This document shows, in pieces, positions 10,975 through 23,582 of a stretch of 64,000 nucleotides of DNA. The notes under the pieces were generated by a model. It searched no databases. It saw only the letters and a program-made list of their open reading frames with translations, and had not been told where the DNA came from. Source of the DNA: Botryllus schlosseri. Its lineage: Eukaryota. The stretch lies in assembly GCA_051294905.1 (NCBI GenBank), contig CM119376.1, positions 19,282,001-19,346,000 of the forward strand, written 5' to 3'. Position 1 is the first letter of the stretch, and every line of letters starts with the position of its first letter. Both the position numbers and the translations under genes were made by a program.

Positions 10975-13900
10975 GTAAGTCTTTTAAATTGTTATTCCAT
11001 GTCAATGCGCTAATTTACAAGGTAAACATTCGTCGCAGACCATATGCTGAAGTCACACAGTAAGCCGCTTTGGAAAGTGGTGTTCTGTCGGACTTTGCGG
11101 TCTGGTTTTGCGAATATTCTCCCTTCAATTTTCCTGTGCGCCCATAAAACTAATTCAGTGAATAGAACTTGATAGTCGCGCCTATCTCCGGGCAGTGCAC
11201 CTCGTAAAATGGAATTAATGTACAACCTCATTTGGCGGGATAACGTATTTGCGCGGTAGATCAAAATTTATCATCGCCGTCTCCGATTCCTGAATCCTTA
11301 CTGATCTACAAATATCCGAGCCATCCCAAAGTAGCATATGTACCTCAAAAGTTCCGCCTCTGTTTATTCTGTAGCTAAGTACAGTTTACATTCGACTCCA
11401 AGCGTAGGTCACCGGTGTAGACATGCAATGAGATTATTTATAAATCGTAACTCAACTTCTGGCGCGGAAATAGCACCGAATTATACATGGTTCTTGATAT
11501 ATTATTATTAGTTTATTAACCAAAGAATGTTTCAGCCTCTCTACTCCGCTCGCCCAAAGCTAGCTATTATATATAATAAAATCCCATCAATTCATTCAAT
11601 TGCTAATCAGTCACCGAATTATAATACCTACCATTCCCGTTATTATTATAATGACATCGTACATCATTTAATATGTGATAATATGATTACGGTATATGTT
11701 ACATTCCTTCGTTTTGCGCTGAGACAACAATCGACCCAAATACCGGTCTTCCCTTAATTTCATGTACATAAGCAACGTTGTTGTTTGTTTTGGTGTCAAT
11801 CACATTGTATTGTCACGTCACTAAACATGTGTCCGGAATCTCCACCTGTATATCGCTCAACACTGACAGTCCACTAATGAGTTGTTCGGATTCTCAAATA
11901 AGACAACATGTCAATAATGTTTCTTGAATTTAATAAAAGTACGTTCTTAACTATACCTAAATGTACTAAGGTAGGCACTAGGCAGACGGTGAGACGACTT
12001 GATCTTTGTTCTTGAGCTATAATTGATAGACCTCTGCAGTCACCGCATTGCTAATCGCGAACCATGTAGTGATTAACTAACCGTCGAAAACACGTAGGTC
12101 GAAGGCACGCCGGTGGGTTTGGCGACAGTTTCAAAAACACGCCGCAAACTTATTTTGGGCTATTTTGTCCTAGTAGGAGTATAGTAAACGATGATGGTGA
12201 CGCTAATGCATTTGTATGATATCGTCCCGTAAAATATGAAAAACTTGAGAAATGAATGCAGCTACTGGATCAAAATAAAAAAATTCCTAATTCCTCGATA
12301 GAGTAAATCCAAATATAATCATTCGCAGATTAGGGCTCCGCCGCAATTAATACAATCAGCTGTCAGTAATTTGTTATAAATTCGATTGAAGCGTATTTGT
12401 GCATGGAATATATATTTTTTGTCTGAACGGAGATAATGCGTATAATACAGTACGGTATATATAGAGTTGGTAAGTCATATTAATCAGAAACTCATTCAGA
12501 ATTCCTAACCGTCTAGCTTTGTTTCGGCCACTGTTCCCATCTTAGTATTGTATGTTGTTCCGTTGACGAAAGTCCTGTGGCGCGAGGTTACTAATATTTC
12601 AAATACTTTCGCATGGCGCGCGGGTCGTCAGTCCTCAATTTGCCGCGAAACTTTTGATATTTGAACTCTCTGCAAGTCGCGGTTCATGTCACCCGCAATA
12701 TGAACCCCGTCTCGGTATCGACCGCCTCGATTGAGACAATGTTTTGATGACAGCACGCTCAACCTCTCGCCGTTTTGACGGCTACGAAATTTTTGTAAGC
12801 TGAGTGTGCAAACAAGTTCTCGGTGTATACGACGTGAACGTGACTAAGAAGTTTTGGCGAAGTGTCTTTCCCCACATCATACGGGCGATTGATGTCGCAT
12901 ATTTTTCTATCTACATATCTTGAAAATGCTGGTACGGAAACATGTCGCGATGAAGATCAGTGGCATACTAAAAAGTCGGAGTCGACTGATGATATTGCAC
13001 TAGTACTAAAAGCGCTTGAGGCTGTGTTAACATTCCTTTTAACCTATGATTTGAATCACGCTACTACACGCAACCTCATGTGTTTATGTGTAGCCGAAAA
13101 TTGGCGTTCCTGGTTCGAAGCCACAATCATGAGATCATCCACGGCGCCGCGAAGCGTTGGGGTAAAATTATCGGATTTTACTCTGCAATAAGGCCTTCCT
13201 CGACAGATGCTAGGTGACGGTGGGGAAATGTTATGCTTATTGTTGTCGGGCGTAAGAACATAAGTCTGTGATAGCAGAGTCAACTGAGGCCGTTCATCCG
13301 AAAAAAATGACTCATAACATATCGTGGCTTACCTTGCCCGCATTGTTATGGTTGAAACACCCTTGGAATATAGTGCTGTTGAATGATGTTTCAAATAAAT
13401 CAAGTCGCGTTAGCAAGTGCTAAACGACACAATTCATAAGCGTATACTACGCGGCAGCAATATCAGTCGAAAAGCCGTCATAGACAAAACCTTAATGAAG
13501 TAAAGGTAACTGGAAGGTGGCGAAACCACACTCGAACTTCTAGAGGCGCGTCTTCCGCCTAAATTAGGTAATTGACGCTAATATATAGATTACTAGTCCT
13601 TGTAACAGCAGGTGGTGTAAATACTTCTCGTGTTTGCGAAGTAGTTGTGATCCGACACCGATGCAGCGCGAAACACAAGACGCCCACGCTTAGCATTGGG
13701 TTAAACTATGATTCTGGATGTTTCCGAACTCAATTCTTTCGATTATACTTTTCCCATGGACACTTAATTTCGAATGGGAAATTTGAACTGCAACAAATCA
13801 AGTGCCAGGTAACTTGCAACTGTGAGAAAATAATATCAACACGGTCTGCGCGACCTTTGCGTAGCGATAGAGGCGCTTGGTGTGTCGCTACAAATTTCGT

Positions 13901-16608
13901 GCAAGTTGGTAGAATTCCAAATTCACCATCGTTGTACAATGTTAGATTATGCCAATAAGTTAATTCCGCACGGACTTTATCAAACGTCTTTCTACCAACG
14001 CTCAGTGCCGATTGCTTCGTGTATATTGTACAAGAATAAATGTATCTTTCGCTAACGTCATTCCGACGACAGAAAACGCCAAGTTAGCTGTCACAATTCG
14101 AAAACCTGTCAGGAGCTTCTACCAAACAGGAGAGTTTCATTCCTCTTGAGAAAGCATGAGCGATGAGCGTATAGACCACGATACCTGTTTGATGTCGTCC
14201 TCATCAGGCAAACGGGTCGCGTTATTTTCAAACTTTTGTCTACAATGCGGCTCATGAATATTTAAACGAGCTCTCATCGCCTGCCAGCCGTACATCAGTT
14301 TTACTAAATAACGGGAATAACTTCAGACTAACGAACGACTGGCGAATGTACGCGTATCTAATTGTATTTTGTTGCCATGCGCGCCAAACCGTTGGTCTGG
14401 TCACGGATTATGAAAGGTCGTCAGGATTACCCAATAAGTGGCAAATTATGCTGGTTATTTCCGGCGCGTAATGACCGACTGCAATCAGTCACTGAATGAG
14501 TGAGTCCGTCCGCGGGTACCTGGTAATTAATCAAGGGATTCAAGTCAACCGGTACATTTCTTCGTTAACATAGTTATCACGCACTATTATTAGTGCAAAG
14601 TTATTGACGCATACTCTAAACGGGATGTGTGCTGTATTGTGGGTGATAGCATATATTGTTGGAGTCGAAATGGCCATAGGACATCCTTACAACGCGGTTC
14701 AACCAGAGACACTCTATAAAATTACATTCGTCAGCATCGGCTGTAAAACTATCAAATATAAACTCATCAAATTCATTTTTGAGACCACACACCAAGGCAC
14801 TTGATAATGAGCGGACAGAACAACCGATCTTGGTTCGATTCCAAATTCCGTTTCCACATCTTATTGCTTACCGACTAATCGAAAAGCATTAGTTTGAAAC
14901 GAACTAGATTGCAATTTATTATTATATCAAGTGGATGCCAATCATCACTGTCGTGGAAGCACACTCTGTGATCTCGCATGGCGACAAAAATTCCAACGCA
15001 GCTAATGTATCGCCAACAACACGAAATGTATTCGTTGTGTTACTACCGAACAATTTGAAAATCATTTCATTTAAATCGGTTATCGAATTTAACAGTTTAG
15101 GACAGTAACACCATGTACTGTTCAACACAGTTAAAACGAACACAAATAACTGTTCCGAAATGATACCTGCTGTCCTGTATGCTGGACGGCCTTTGGCACG
15201 GACACTGGGAGGAAATTCGCGAGTCTGCATGGTACATGTAGCCTATGCAAACTCATCATACCTCAAACTCTTTGAAGTAATGATAACGGACGCGCGCTGC
15301 CGTTTGATGTAATTATCCAATGTTTTTACAAGTTATGCCCGAAGTACCCTACACGCGAAACGGATCGCTTATTTTTAATATCCCAGCCGGTTGGTTTGAA
15401 AGCTTATAACGGAATTGAAATTCAATTTTCCGCCTTGTGACCCTGGAAGTCAATCCGCCGGGAAGCATGCATCTCCTTCCCCACTTATTAAATTCTGCAA
15501 CGTTTGTTAAAGGGCAGCCGTCAGTCATAAGACAAGACTAGAGAATTTTTGCGGCCATGTAGGATTGATTACGATGTATGATTTCTAAATTTCTGGGTGG
15601 TAAAAAGTCTTGTAGGCTATGCTATTGATGGAGGTTTATGATATATCATATTTTACATATGTCGTATGTAATCTACCAATTATTTTTGCACATTCGACAA
15701 ATCCGCATTGTTGAGAATAATATGCATTTGGCGATACTCGTTTATTTCGGTTCAATCACTAGCGAAGCACCGCAATAACCCGTAATCAAGACATCGTAAT
15801 TAGTGGACGGAAAGTCTTCATTGGGCATAAAAGCGTGGTTTTTGCGGCATTGTGTCTGGAACATGATGGCTAATTATAAGCTAGAACGTACACAAAATTA
15901 TCAATACGCACGGAATGAAAAAAAGGTAAAATAGGGATTCAGTATAGATTTCGGGTTCGAAATAGGAAACCGCCAGTGGCAAATATTCCTCAATTAGTAA
16001 ATGAAATGAAGTCATTGTGTCGCAATACACGCAGCCGACATAATTAGCAGTTAAGTACCGTGACTAACACGGAAAAGGATTATCTGGTGATCGTCGTTAA
16101 TCGCATTATTTGAGTACATAATATACGCAATGCTGGAACATAAATCAAATGAAAGTACTGTGTTCTGTTGTTAACACCCCGAGCAAGCAACAAGTAATCG
16201 CGTACTGCAATTTATTATGACATTTGAATTGACTGCTGCAATACCTCGATAGAAAATATCTCACCTATCTTAACTGAATGCAGATTTCAAGGCTAGTTTC
16301 GTCGCAATATCACTGACCCAATTTTGAAATATCGAATCGACAAGCTCAATGTCAATTATCCTCCAGTAAGCCGTGGTTAAATCTGCATATGTAGTGTATA
16401 TGCAATTGAATAAAATGTAGGGTGTGTAGTGTGCATACTGTATATAGTATAAAATTCTACAGGTACATTGAAATCAAGTTACTACACAGGGGGCGAATTA
16501 CCATTAGCCTATTTCTCGACCTATTTACATTGATTTACATTCGCGAGACGTCAAACCCTTTGCCATCCATTCGACACGAAGTGTTGAGGTGCAGACTATC
16601 TGCGAAGC

Positions 16609-18985
16609 GGGTGCCTTTATTTTGTGCTAGGAAACTTATGAAAATTATGGAAACTTATGAAACTTATGAAAACTTATGAAACTTATGAAAACTTATGAAA
16701 CTTATGAAACTTATGAAAACTTATGAAAACTTATGAAACTTATGAAAACTTATGAAACTTATGAAACTTATGAAAACTTATGAAACTTATGAAACTTATG
16801 AAAACTTATGAAAACTTATGAAATTTATAGAAACTTATGAATCTTATGGGAAATTATGAAACTTATAAAACATGAGGTAAATTAATTCAGATTCGAAGTT
16901 TATTGTGAGACCATTGCCTCGGTATTCGATACCAAATTGGGATTTTTAAATCATGATTGCAATAATGGCAATCAAGATTTACATAGACCAGTGGTTGCCA
17001 AAATCTTCAACCTCGCGGCACCCTCTGTAAATGGAAAATAGTCAGCGGCACCCTAGCATTATCGACCTTTTTTGGCTAGCAGCACACTGTAAACTACCGG
17101 AAGATTTGACAGCACCGATAGACACACGGAGGTGATCTCTGACGAAGCTATTTTACCTATTCGGTGACCGCGAGTAGGCTTTGCCTTCTTGTACTATACT
17201 TAAAACCATGCGGTAACTAAGTGCCAGCACGCCTAATAAGAGAATGCTGGGGAGTGTTCTGATTGCAATATGAATTTATAAACTTGAACATCGACGACGC
17301 TTCATTTCTTGATGGTAATTAGGAAGGCAATGAGGTTTTGAAAACCGCATTGTCTCACAGGCGCCAGTATGTCTGCGATCAATCAACGCATCGTACAAAA
17401 CTGGATTAACCCTTCTCGGCACGCGATATGTCTGGTAAACCGAGTTCGCGTGGATATTGGTTGTCGGCATGACAGAAATAATATTTTTACAAATAAACTT
17501 CACATCGACACCGACGGATTATAATTTAGATCAGTGGTTCCCAAACTTTTTCGGTGTCAGGGCCAAATTTAGAATTTCAGAGCACGGTCGGGGCCGCACG
17601 AATACCAGGGCAACGGACCCAAAATGTCATCAAAATATGATGATTGGTCGATGTGCGGTGATTCTATCTACAATTCTACATATAATTTTTAAAATCATAA
17701 TCATTGGGAACGATAAGTAACAACATATTCATACGTCACATATGAGTGTATCACGACTTCGCGAGTATCTTCAATAATATCGCGAACCGGAAAGGTTGTC
17801 TTAAAGCATAGTTTAAGCTTATCTTTACTTGAGTGGCATTGACGTCGACTATTATTTCCAAAGATACCAATTCAGCGTCAATCAGCAAACGCGACTGTGT
17901 CGCAATCTTCATATGCTAAATTGCTAACACGTGACCCAATTTGATTGCCGCGCGGGGAAAGTTCAAGATTGCGCAATGTGCACAATATCTCAGATGCGCT
18001 GGTAGACGTCTCATTGTTTTGATGTACTCTCTGTTTTTCACAACAGATTAAATAAAAATGCTAACTCTCCGGACGAAGCTTTAATTCTTCCACAATTACG
18101 AACAATGTTTATGTAAATTGCATTGTTAATTTAGGAGAATACCAGATACCCTGATTCCGACATAATTGTCTACTTAGAGCGAAATGCTGGTAATCTCTAA
18201 TTTAATTCTGATATTTGTCAATGCTTTACAATTTTGAATCTAATCTACTTCTGGTTTTCCGGAAAATAGTACTGAACTGTATAGTCCGGAACAAACCGAG
18301 GTTGTTGTACAGACATTTGCCATTCTCGTGCTTATAACAAAGAGCTCTGACTTAATTGTTATGAACTGAATTTATCTCAATTTCCACAACTGGTCGTGAA
18401 ATTTATCCGAGTTATCCAACTTCACACTGACAACGCCCACGGTTTTCACTTGGCATTCGAAATAAATTTAAGCAAAGTAAAGGTGAATGAGTCCAGTATA
18501 ATTCACGGTAATAAATTTTTTCTTTCCAGTCAGGTTTATAATATAGGACGGTTTCAACTAAAATTGATTGATTATTTGGCTTGTATTCATTATATCATTG
18601 CGATTGTTGCTTTACAATGTTTTTTTTAATTCTCTACTAGCTACTGACGATTACCCCTGACGTGTTTCAGCCGAAAATAATCGGGTTCATTTCAATAGGA
18701 AGATATTCTTAAATTGTATATTGAACGGCTCTTCACCCAAGAGCTCTTTATCTTCATAAGTTTCCATAAGTTTCATAAGTTTTCATAAGTTACATAAGTT
18801 TCCATAAGTCTCATAAGTTTTCATAAGTGTCATAAGTTTCATAAGTTTTCATAAGTTTCATAAGTTTCATAAGTTTTCATAAGTTTCATAAGTTTTCATA
18901 AGTTTTCATAAGTTTCATAAGTTTTCATAAGTTTCATAAGTTTCCATAATTTTCATAAGTTTCCTAGCACAAAATAAAGGCACCC
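16609..18985. mobile_element. Foldback-type DNA transposon, non-autonomous, 2377 bp
   Basis: TIRs GGGTGCCTTTATTTTGTGCTAGG followed by mirrored arrays of 9/10-bp AAACTTATG units (about 16631-16870 and 18753-18963); TSD TGCGAAGC at 16601-16608 and 18986-18993. Confidence 0.9.
18653..18686 (+). ncRNA. Degenerate hammerhead copy in a Penelope-like pLTR fragment
   Basis: ACCC-CTGACGT-G(TTTCAGC)C-GAAA-ATAAT-C-GGGT; core A9 changed to T and helix III palindrome broken. Confidence 0.65.
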
Positions 18986-19261
18986 TGCGAAGCCCGTACA
19001 CCAGTAAAAACGCAATCGCATTCAAATCGCATATTGCAGCGTTGAGGGTATTAAAATGCAATTTGACTCTTGAGATAAATTGGATCAAGCCCAGTCAAAC
19101 GCTCGCCGCCCCTGCGCGATCCGGGTAATTGCAGCTTAGCTTACCGTTCCGTGTTATTTCGTCGTTGAAAATGACTCATATTTACGGTCTGTCCATGTAA
19201 CGTTTATTCTAAATTGTATCGAACCATCTGTTATTATCTCATCGAATATGTATTTCTCTAG

Positions 19262-19712
19262 TTTCATCAACGACCGTGTCGATTGTTTCTGGATTTGAAA
19301 GACGGCTTCTGCAACAAGGCGAGAGCGTCACGCTTACATGCACAGCCACCGGTGCATATCACGTGTCAATAAGGTGGCTGCTGGACGGCCTGCCTTTGGA
19401 GTACGACCAAGATCCAACACAGACAAATAGCGTCTTCCAATCCGCGTACAATCCTTACAAATCCAACGCGGGGGAGTATTTGCATTCAAAATATTCGATT
19501 GAGACTTCTAATGAAGTATCAGACGACGATTCCGATACGAAATCGGTTGATGCAATTGAGACTGAAGAAGTAAACAGTACGGGAAACAAAAACATGTCAT
19601 TTACTGATCGTGATGACACCACTTCTGCGCCCGAAGCCATCCATATTCAATCACCAGTCAACAGTTTTATTGACGGACAGTCGATGAACGTACTGGATAT
19701 TTCAATAAACGA
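19262..19712 (+). CDS. Dscam: Dscam-like exon 2: Ig (DSCAM Ig5-like) N-half plus long acidic insert
   Basis: SIVSGFERRLLQQGESVTLTCTATG...IRWLLDGLPL, then about 100 low-complexity residues; donor GA|GTAAGG. Confidence 0.9.
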
Positions 19713-19823
19713 GTAAGGATGCATTTACACCGAAAATACAAATAGTTACACGTAGAAGTAAATTGTTATGATTCAAATTCATCATAATGCTATAAAGCAT
19801 CTAATCCACTCTTCACTTACCAG

Positions 19824-19963
19824 GGAGACACCCCGCCAGGTCACAATGAAGAGTTCGTTATCCCTGAACAACGCAACAGTGCAAGATGGCGGCATATACG
19901 CCTGCGTTGCACAAAGTGTATTTTTGCATACTGCGTCTTGGAGGAAGAAAATAACTGTGGCTG
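19824..19963 (+). CDS. Dscam: Dscam-like exon 3: first Ig C-half
   Basis: KSSLSLNNATVQDGGIYACVAQS (D-x-G-x-Y-x-C); phases 2/1. Confidence 0.92.
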
Positions 19964-20022
19964 GTAAGTGGTCGCGTCATGGCGGCAAACTTTGGGAATG
20001 CAGCAGCGCATTTTATCTACAG

Positions 20023-20169
20023 GACCACTGTCGCTAAGGCGCAACCGCCCTATCCCTGCATTGCTGAACTCACTGGTGATAATTCCGTGCACTGTGCTCG
20101 GTAGCGATGACGATTTCGATGTGAGATGGTTCTATCGAAAGTTTCCTGGGCGAGGTCGAAGCAATCTCG
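20023..20169 (+). CDS. Dscam: Dscam-like exon 4: Ig6-like N-half
   Basis: GPLSLRRNRPIPALLNSLVIIPCTVLG...VRWFYRK; two possible phase-1 donors, after 20154 or after 20169. Confidence 0.85.
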
Positions 20170-20232
20170 GTACGCATTACCCTCGAGGTTGTTGTTATTC
20201 GGCCCCTATTTAGTTTGTGTTTCAATTAATAG

Positions 20233-20400
20233 AATCCTCTGAAATTTGGGTGTCGATGCCGAACGATGCAAGACAGAAAATACACCAAAACGGAAGTTTG
20301 GAAATACCCGAAGCGAAGAAGTCCAACGAAGGCATATACAAGTGCCAGGTTGAATTAAATGGGATACTACAAGAGACGGAAACACCTATGAGGGTGATGG
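20233..20400 (+). CDS. Dscam: Dscam-like exon 5: Ig6-like C-half
   Basis: MPNDARQKIHQNGSLEI...NEGIYKCQV resembles DSCAM LPFNHRQVAFENNGTL...DEGEYTC; donor G|GTAAGT. Confidence 0.92.
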
Positions 20401-23400
20401 GTAAGTACAATGATAATTCCTCATTTCAACTGTGTTGCCGACTCCACGCCAAATATCTAAAATTATGGACATAAAATAGGGACATTAACGGATACAACAC
20501 GGCCCTATGAAAATGGGGGTGGCAGCAAATAAATATTCAGCAGTGACGTGACACTTCCCCGGAAGGAATGTAATAATTCAAATTGAGTATGTGGGCGGGG
20601 TGAAGGCGCATTTTTTCCTACTAACAACCGTGGACATATCTGCTCCTATACTCGAAGTCTGCGATATCGCCGCAACTGGGCTATATCTAAACATTTGTTT
20701 ACTTGTTTCTTCCTTCCTTCCTTTACTACTCAAAATATGATACCAAATTGCGGCAGATCCTCGTTATTCTGAGCTTCCATTACTCCCCGACCTATTCACG
20801 CTGACTTGGTGATGGTTTCTCCACGAAGTAAAAATTCCAATGGAAGTCTTGACTCTTGGTCGCTAGTCCTGCTTTCAATATCTTAAGTTCTTTGCCTCTC
20901 TAATTACAGGATTAGATGTTAGTGTGTTTGGTTTTATAGTATCAAAATATTCATATAGCTCGAGGTCGAGATGATAAGCCTTGAATATAATCTGAACTCA
21001 AGTTACAGGCTATATAAATGTGCTCTCCCGTGTTTTCAGTCACTAATCATCGCTATCATGGCGGCGACTATTATTTGTATAATTAAATATAACTATTACG
21101 AATATAATGTAATATACAACAGCTGGAACAAAGAGCCCGTAATTTTGTTTTCAATTAATTATTATCAACTGGCATGTAATTTTTCATTGTTAGCTAATGC
21201 CAAAGGTTTTGCCAATGAAACATCGTGGCGTGTCCAATATATTATAAAGTCGAATCTGTTTGCACGGTGTATATTGTGTATGTTGCACTTTTTCTTCCTA
21301 TAAGGAGAGAGGATCTTACAAATGCATGCTGTTTGTCCATATGGTTGAAAAAAAAACGTGCAATAGGCACATCCTTTGTATATGAATCTGATTATGTCGC
21401 AACCGCTGACTGTCGCTTTTGTATAATGCAAAATTCATTAATGCATGGTATCGCCGGAATGTTGGACTCAGTCCCCACTCAGCTTTCTCGGCAATGAAAA
21501 TAAGCCACGTACTCTCAGTTGTTTCAGAGGTCTCCAAAGTTCAAAACCACAAGTTCAAAGCACAGGTTGACAAGATCCTTGCATTTATGCAGCGCATTTG
21601 CCGAGATCATGCTGATAAAACGACTGATATGTCATGCGTCATACACTCGTACCGCCCATTACGGCACTGATGAGATATGTAACGGCAATTTTCTAGATTT
21701 AGATATGGTTAGCGATAATACGCGAATCACACACAACTACCGCCAATGATCATTATTTCGTGTTTTCAGTGTTAAATGCACCAGGCGAAATCTGGTAAGG
21801 TGCCCCTCACCCTCACACCACGATTTCCTGGTGACCAAATTACGTTGTAACTGGGTTATCGTAATTCTTTGATGAAAAATCCACTCGCCCGGCAAAATTA
21901 CTGACTTATGATATTAATCGCATTCGATTTGGTCAAAGTATTGCGTTGCCCTTGTGCAATATTACCTTATTGCTGCATCACTTGGATTTAATCAGTCCAT
22001 CGGCTATGGACGTCATCATGTTTGCCAAACATCGTGGCACATTCCTCTTGACTTGTCTGGATATTTTCTGTTTAAATTTCACGGTATGAGTATGTGTGCA
22101 TCGATCTCCAAAGACACGTCTTCTTCGGCTTGCCTTGCAAAATAACTTGTATAAGACTTTTGGAAGTGGTTGTGTTGCAGTCGTATTTATTTTGCTCAAT
22201 CGATGTGAATTGATACTATTTGATAGTTAGTGGTTAGTAGTGCAATATATTTGTGTTCCTCATGCCTTTTCAGTCCGTCGTATATCACGATTGCAAACCT
22301 CATCGTCTGTAAGTTCCACATCAGTATAAACATCCCATCGAATTTTGGATTATAAATAATCAATTGAAAAAGTCTCCCAAATTCGGACACGCAAACCTAT
22401 GCAAATCCTTCGTAGATTGATACTGGGATGCGTGAAATCATCGCTATCTGGTAATGGATACTGTTTCATAACATTTCACTTTTGTGTGTGATTGTCACGA
22501 CCTTTAAACCTAGTAATGACTTTGCGCTGTTCCGCCCACACACCTTCCGAGACTTTGCGTTGTTTTGCGCCCAGAATTATTACGTGTCTTCCAGCAACTA
22601 TAGCTACGTTTTACCGTATTTGGTCTTTCATCGCGTGATGGCCTATCATCCATTTAAGATCTAGAATCCTAGAAAACATCCACTAACGATTTTCGGAGAG
22701 TGCAATGTAAAACGAGGCATCGCCACAAACTCTCGAATGGCTTTGCTGACTTTGGCGTAACACAAAATACTAACACCTATCGGTATTTGATTTGACTGCA
22801 CGCATGGCCGAATCCCGTCTTAATTTGCCTGCTCTTACCGTTTCGCGGGATTAATTATTTATTCAAAGCCGCGTTTGCACACAAACAAACAATTGCTTCG
22901 TCAACACGAGGTAATAGAAAACATCTGTCTGTGACTTTACGCGCACAACTTCCGCGTGTTGGGAAAATCAGCAGTCTCTTATCCCCATACATCCCATCAA
23001 CTAGTTTTATTCGCGTCTATGACATTGTCATCTCGAAAAACTAAACATGACGGAATACCTTTTTTCGTTTAATCAGATAATAGATAACTCGCCAGCTGAC
23101 AGAAGGGCCTGCTCGTCTGGCGTATAGACGCGCAAATCCTTGATACAACAAAAATATCGACCCCGGTATGATTTGCGTGAAGTTGCGATCGCAGGCGTAC
23201 GACCCCCGATAATCGCCCGGTAACATTAAATATCGACTTTCATCGGCGGCGTAAGCCACGTAACGGCGATTCCCATTTCCCAGATGCGTAATTAAAATTG
23301 ATCAAGCGCAGACCGACGGTATGATAGTTGACGTTATGGCAGGCGGCGACGGATATATCTAGTGATTGTCGCGCCGCAGTGCATCTGCCTCGCTGTCCGA

Positions 23401-23582
23401 TCCATCAACGGCGTATTTTTGTAATTGCAAAATTGAAGGATTAGTGTCTCGCGAGTGCCTTTCGCGGTTGTGGCTGCGTACTTAGAGCCGTTTTCCTTGT
23501 GTATTTATCGATGTTTTGTTTAAATATTCCATCGACTTTCTTTGGATCGAATCCAATGCGAGGTGTAATTGTTGGCGGGATC

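Noticed and set aside
14150-14215. Minus-strand CTGATGAG as another hammerhead
   Set aside because: The required GAAA is missing (CAAAC instead) and no helix I or III pairing is evident.
14604-14804. ORF with signal-like MCAVLWVIAYIVG
   Set aside because: It has no credible GT donor in the required phase and lies within an intron; likely chance.
16631-18963. AAACTTATG arrays (and the 15-mers at 43190-43330) as CRISPR-like repeats
   Set aside because: There are no unique spacers, the units abut directly, and they form the inverted arms of TSD-flanked eukaryotic transposons.
10975-19261. Hidden Ig1-4 exons in intron 1
   Set aside because: No ORF or splice-flanked block with Ig B-strand Cys, C-strand Trp or D-x-G-x-Y-x-C motifs was seen. 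The exon-like block near 13610-13808 is not Ig-like and breaks phase. Very divergent short exons cannot be fully excluded.
21419-21670. ORF with KISHVLSVV faintly resembling an hAT transposase segment
   Set aside because: The match is too short and no TIRs or adjacent motifs support it.
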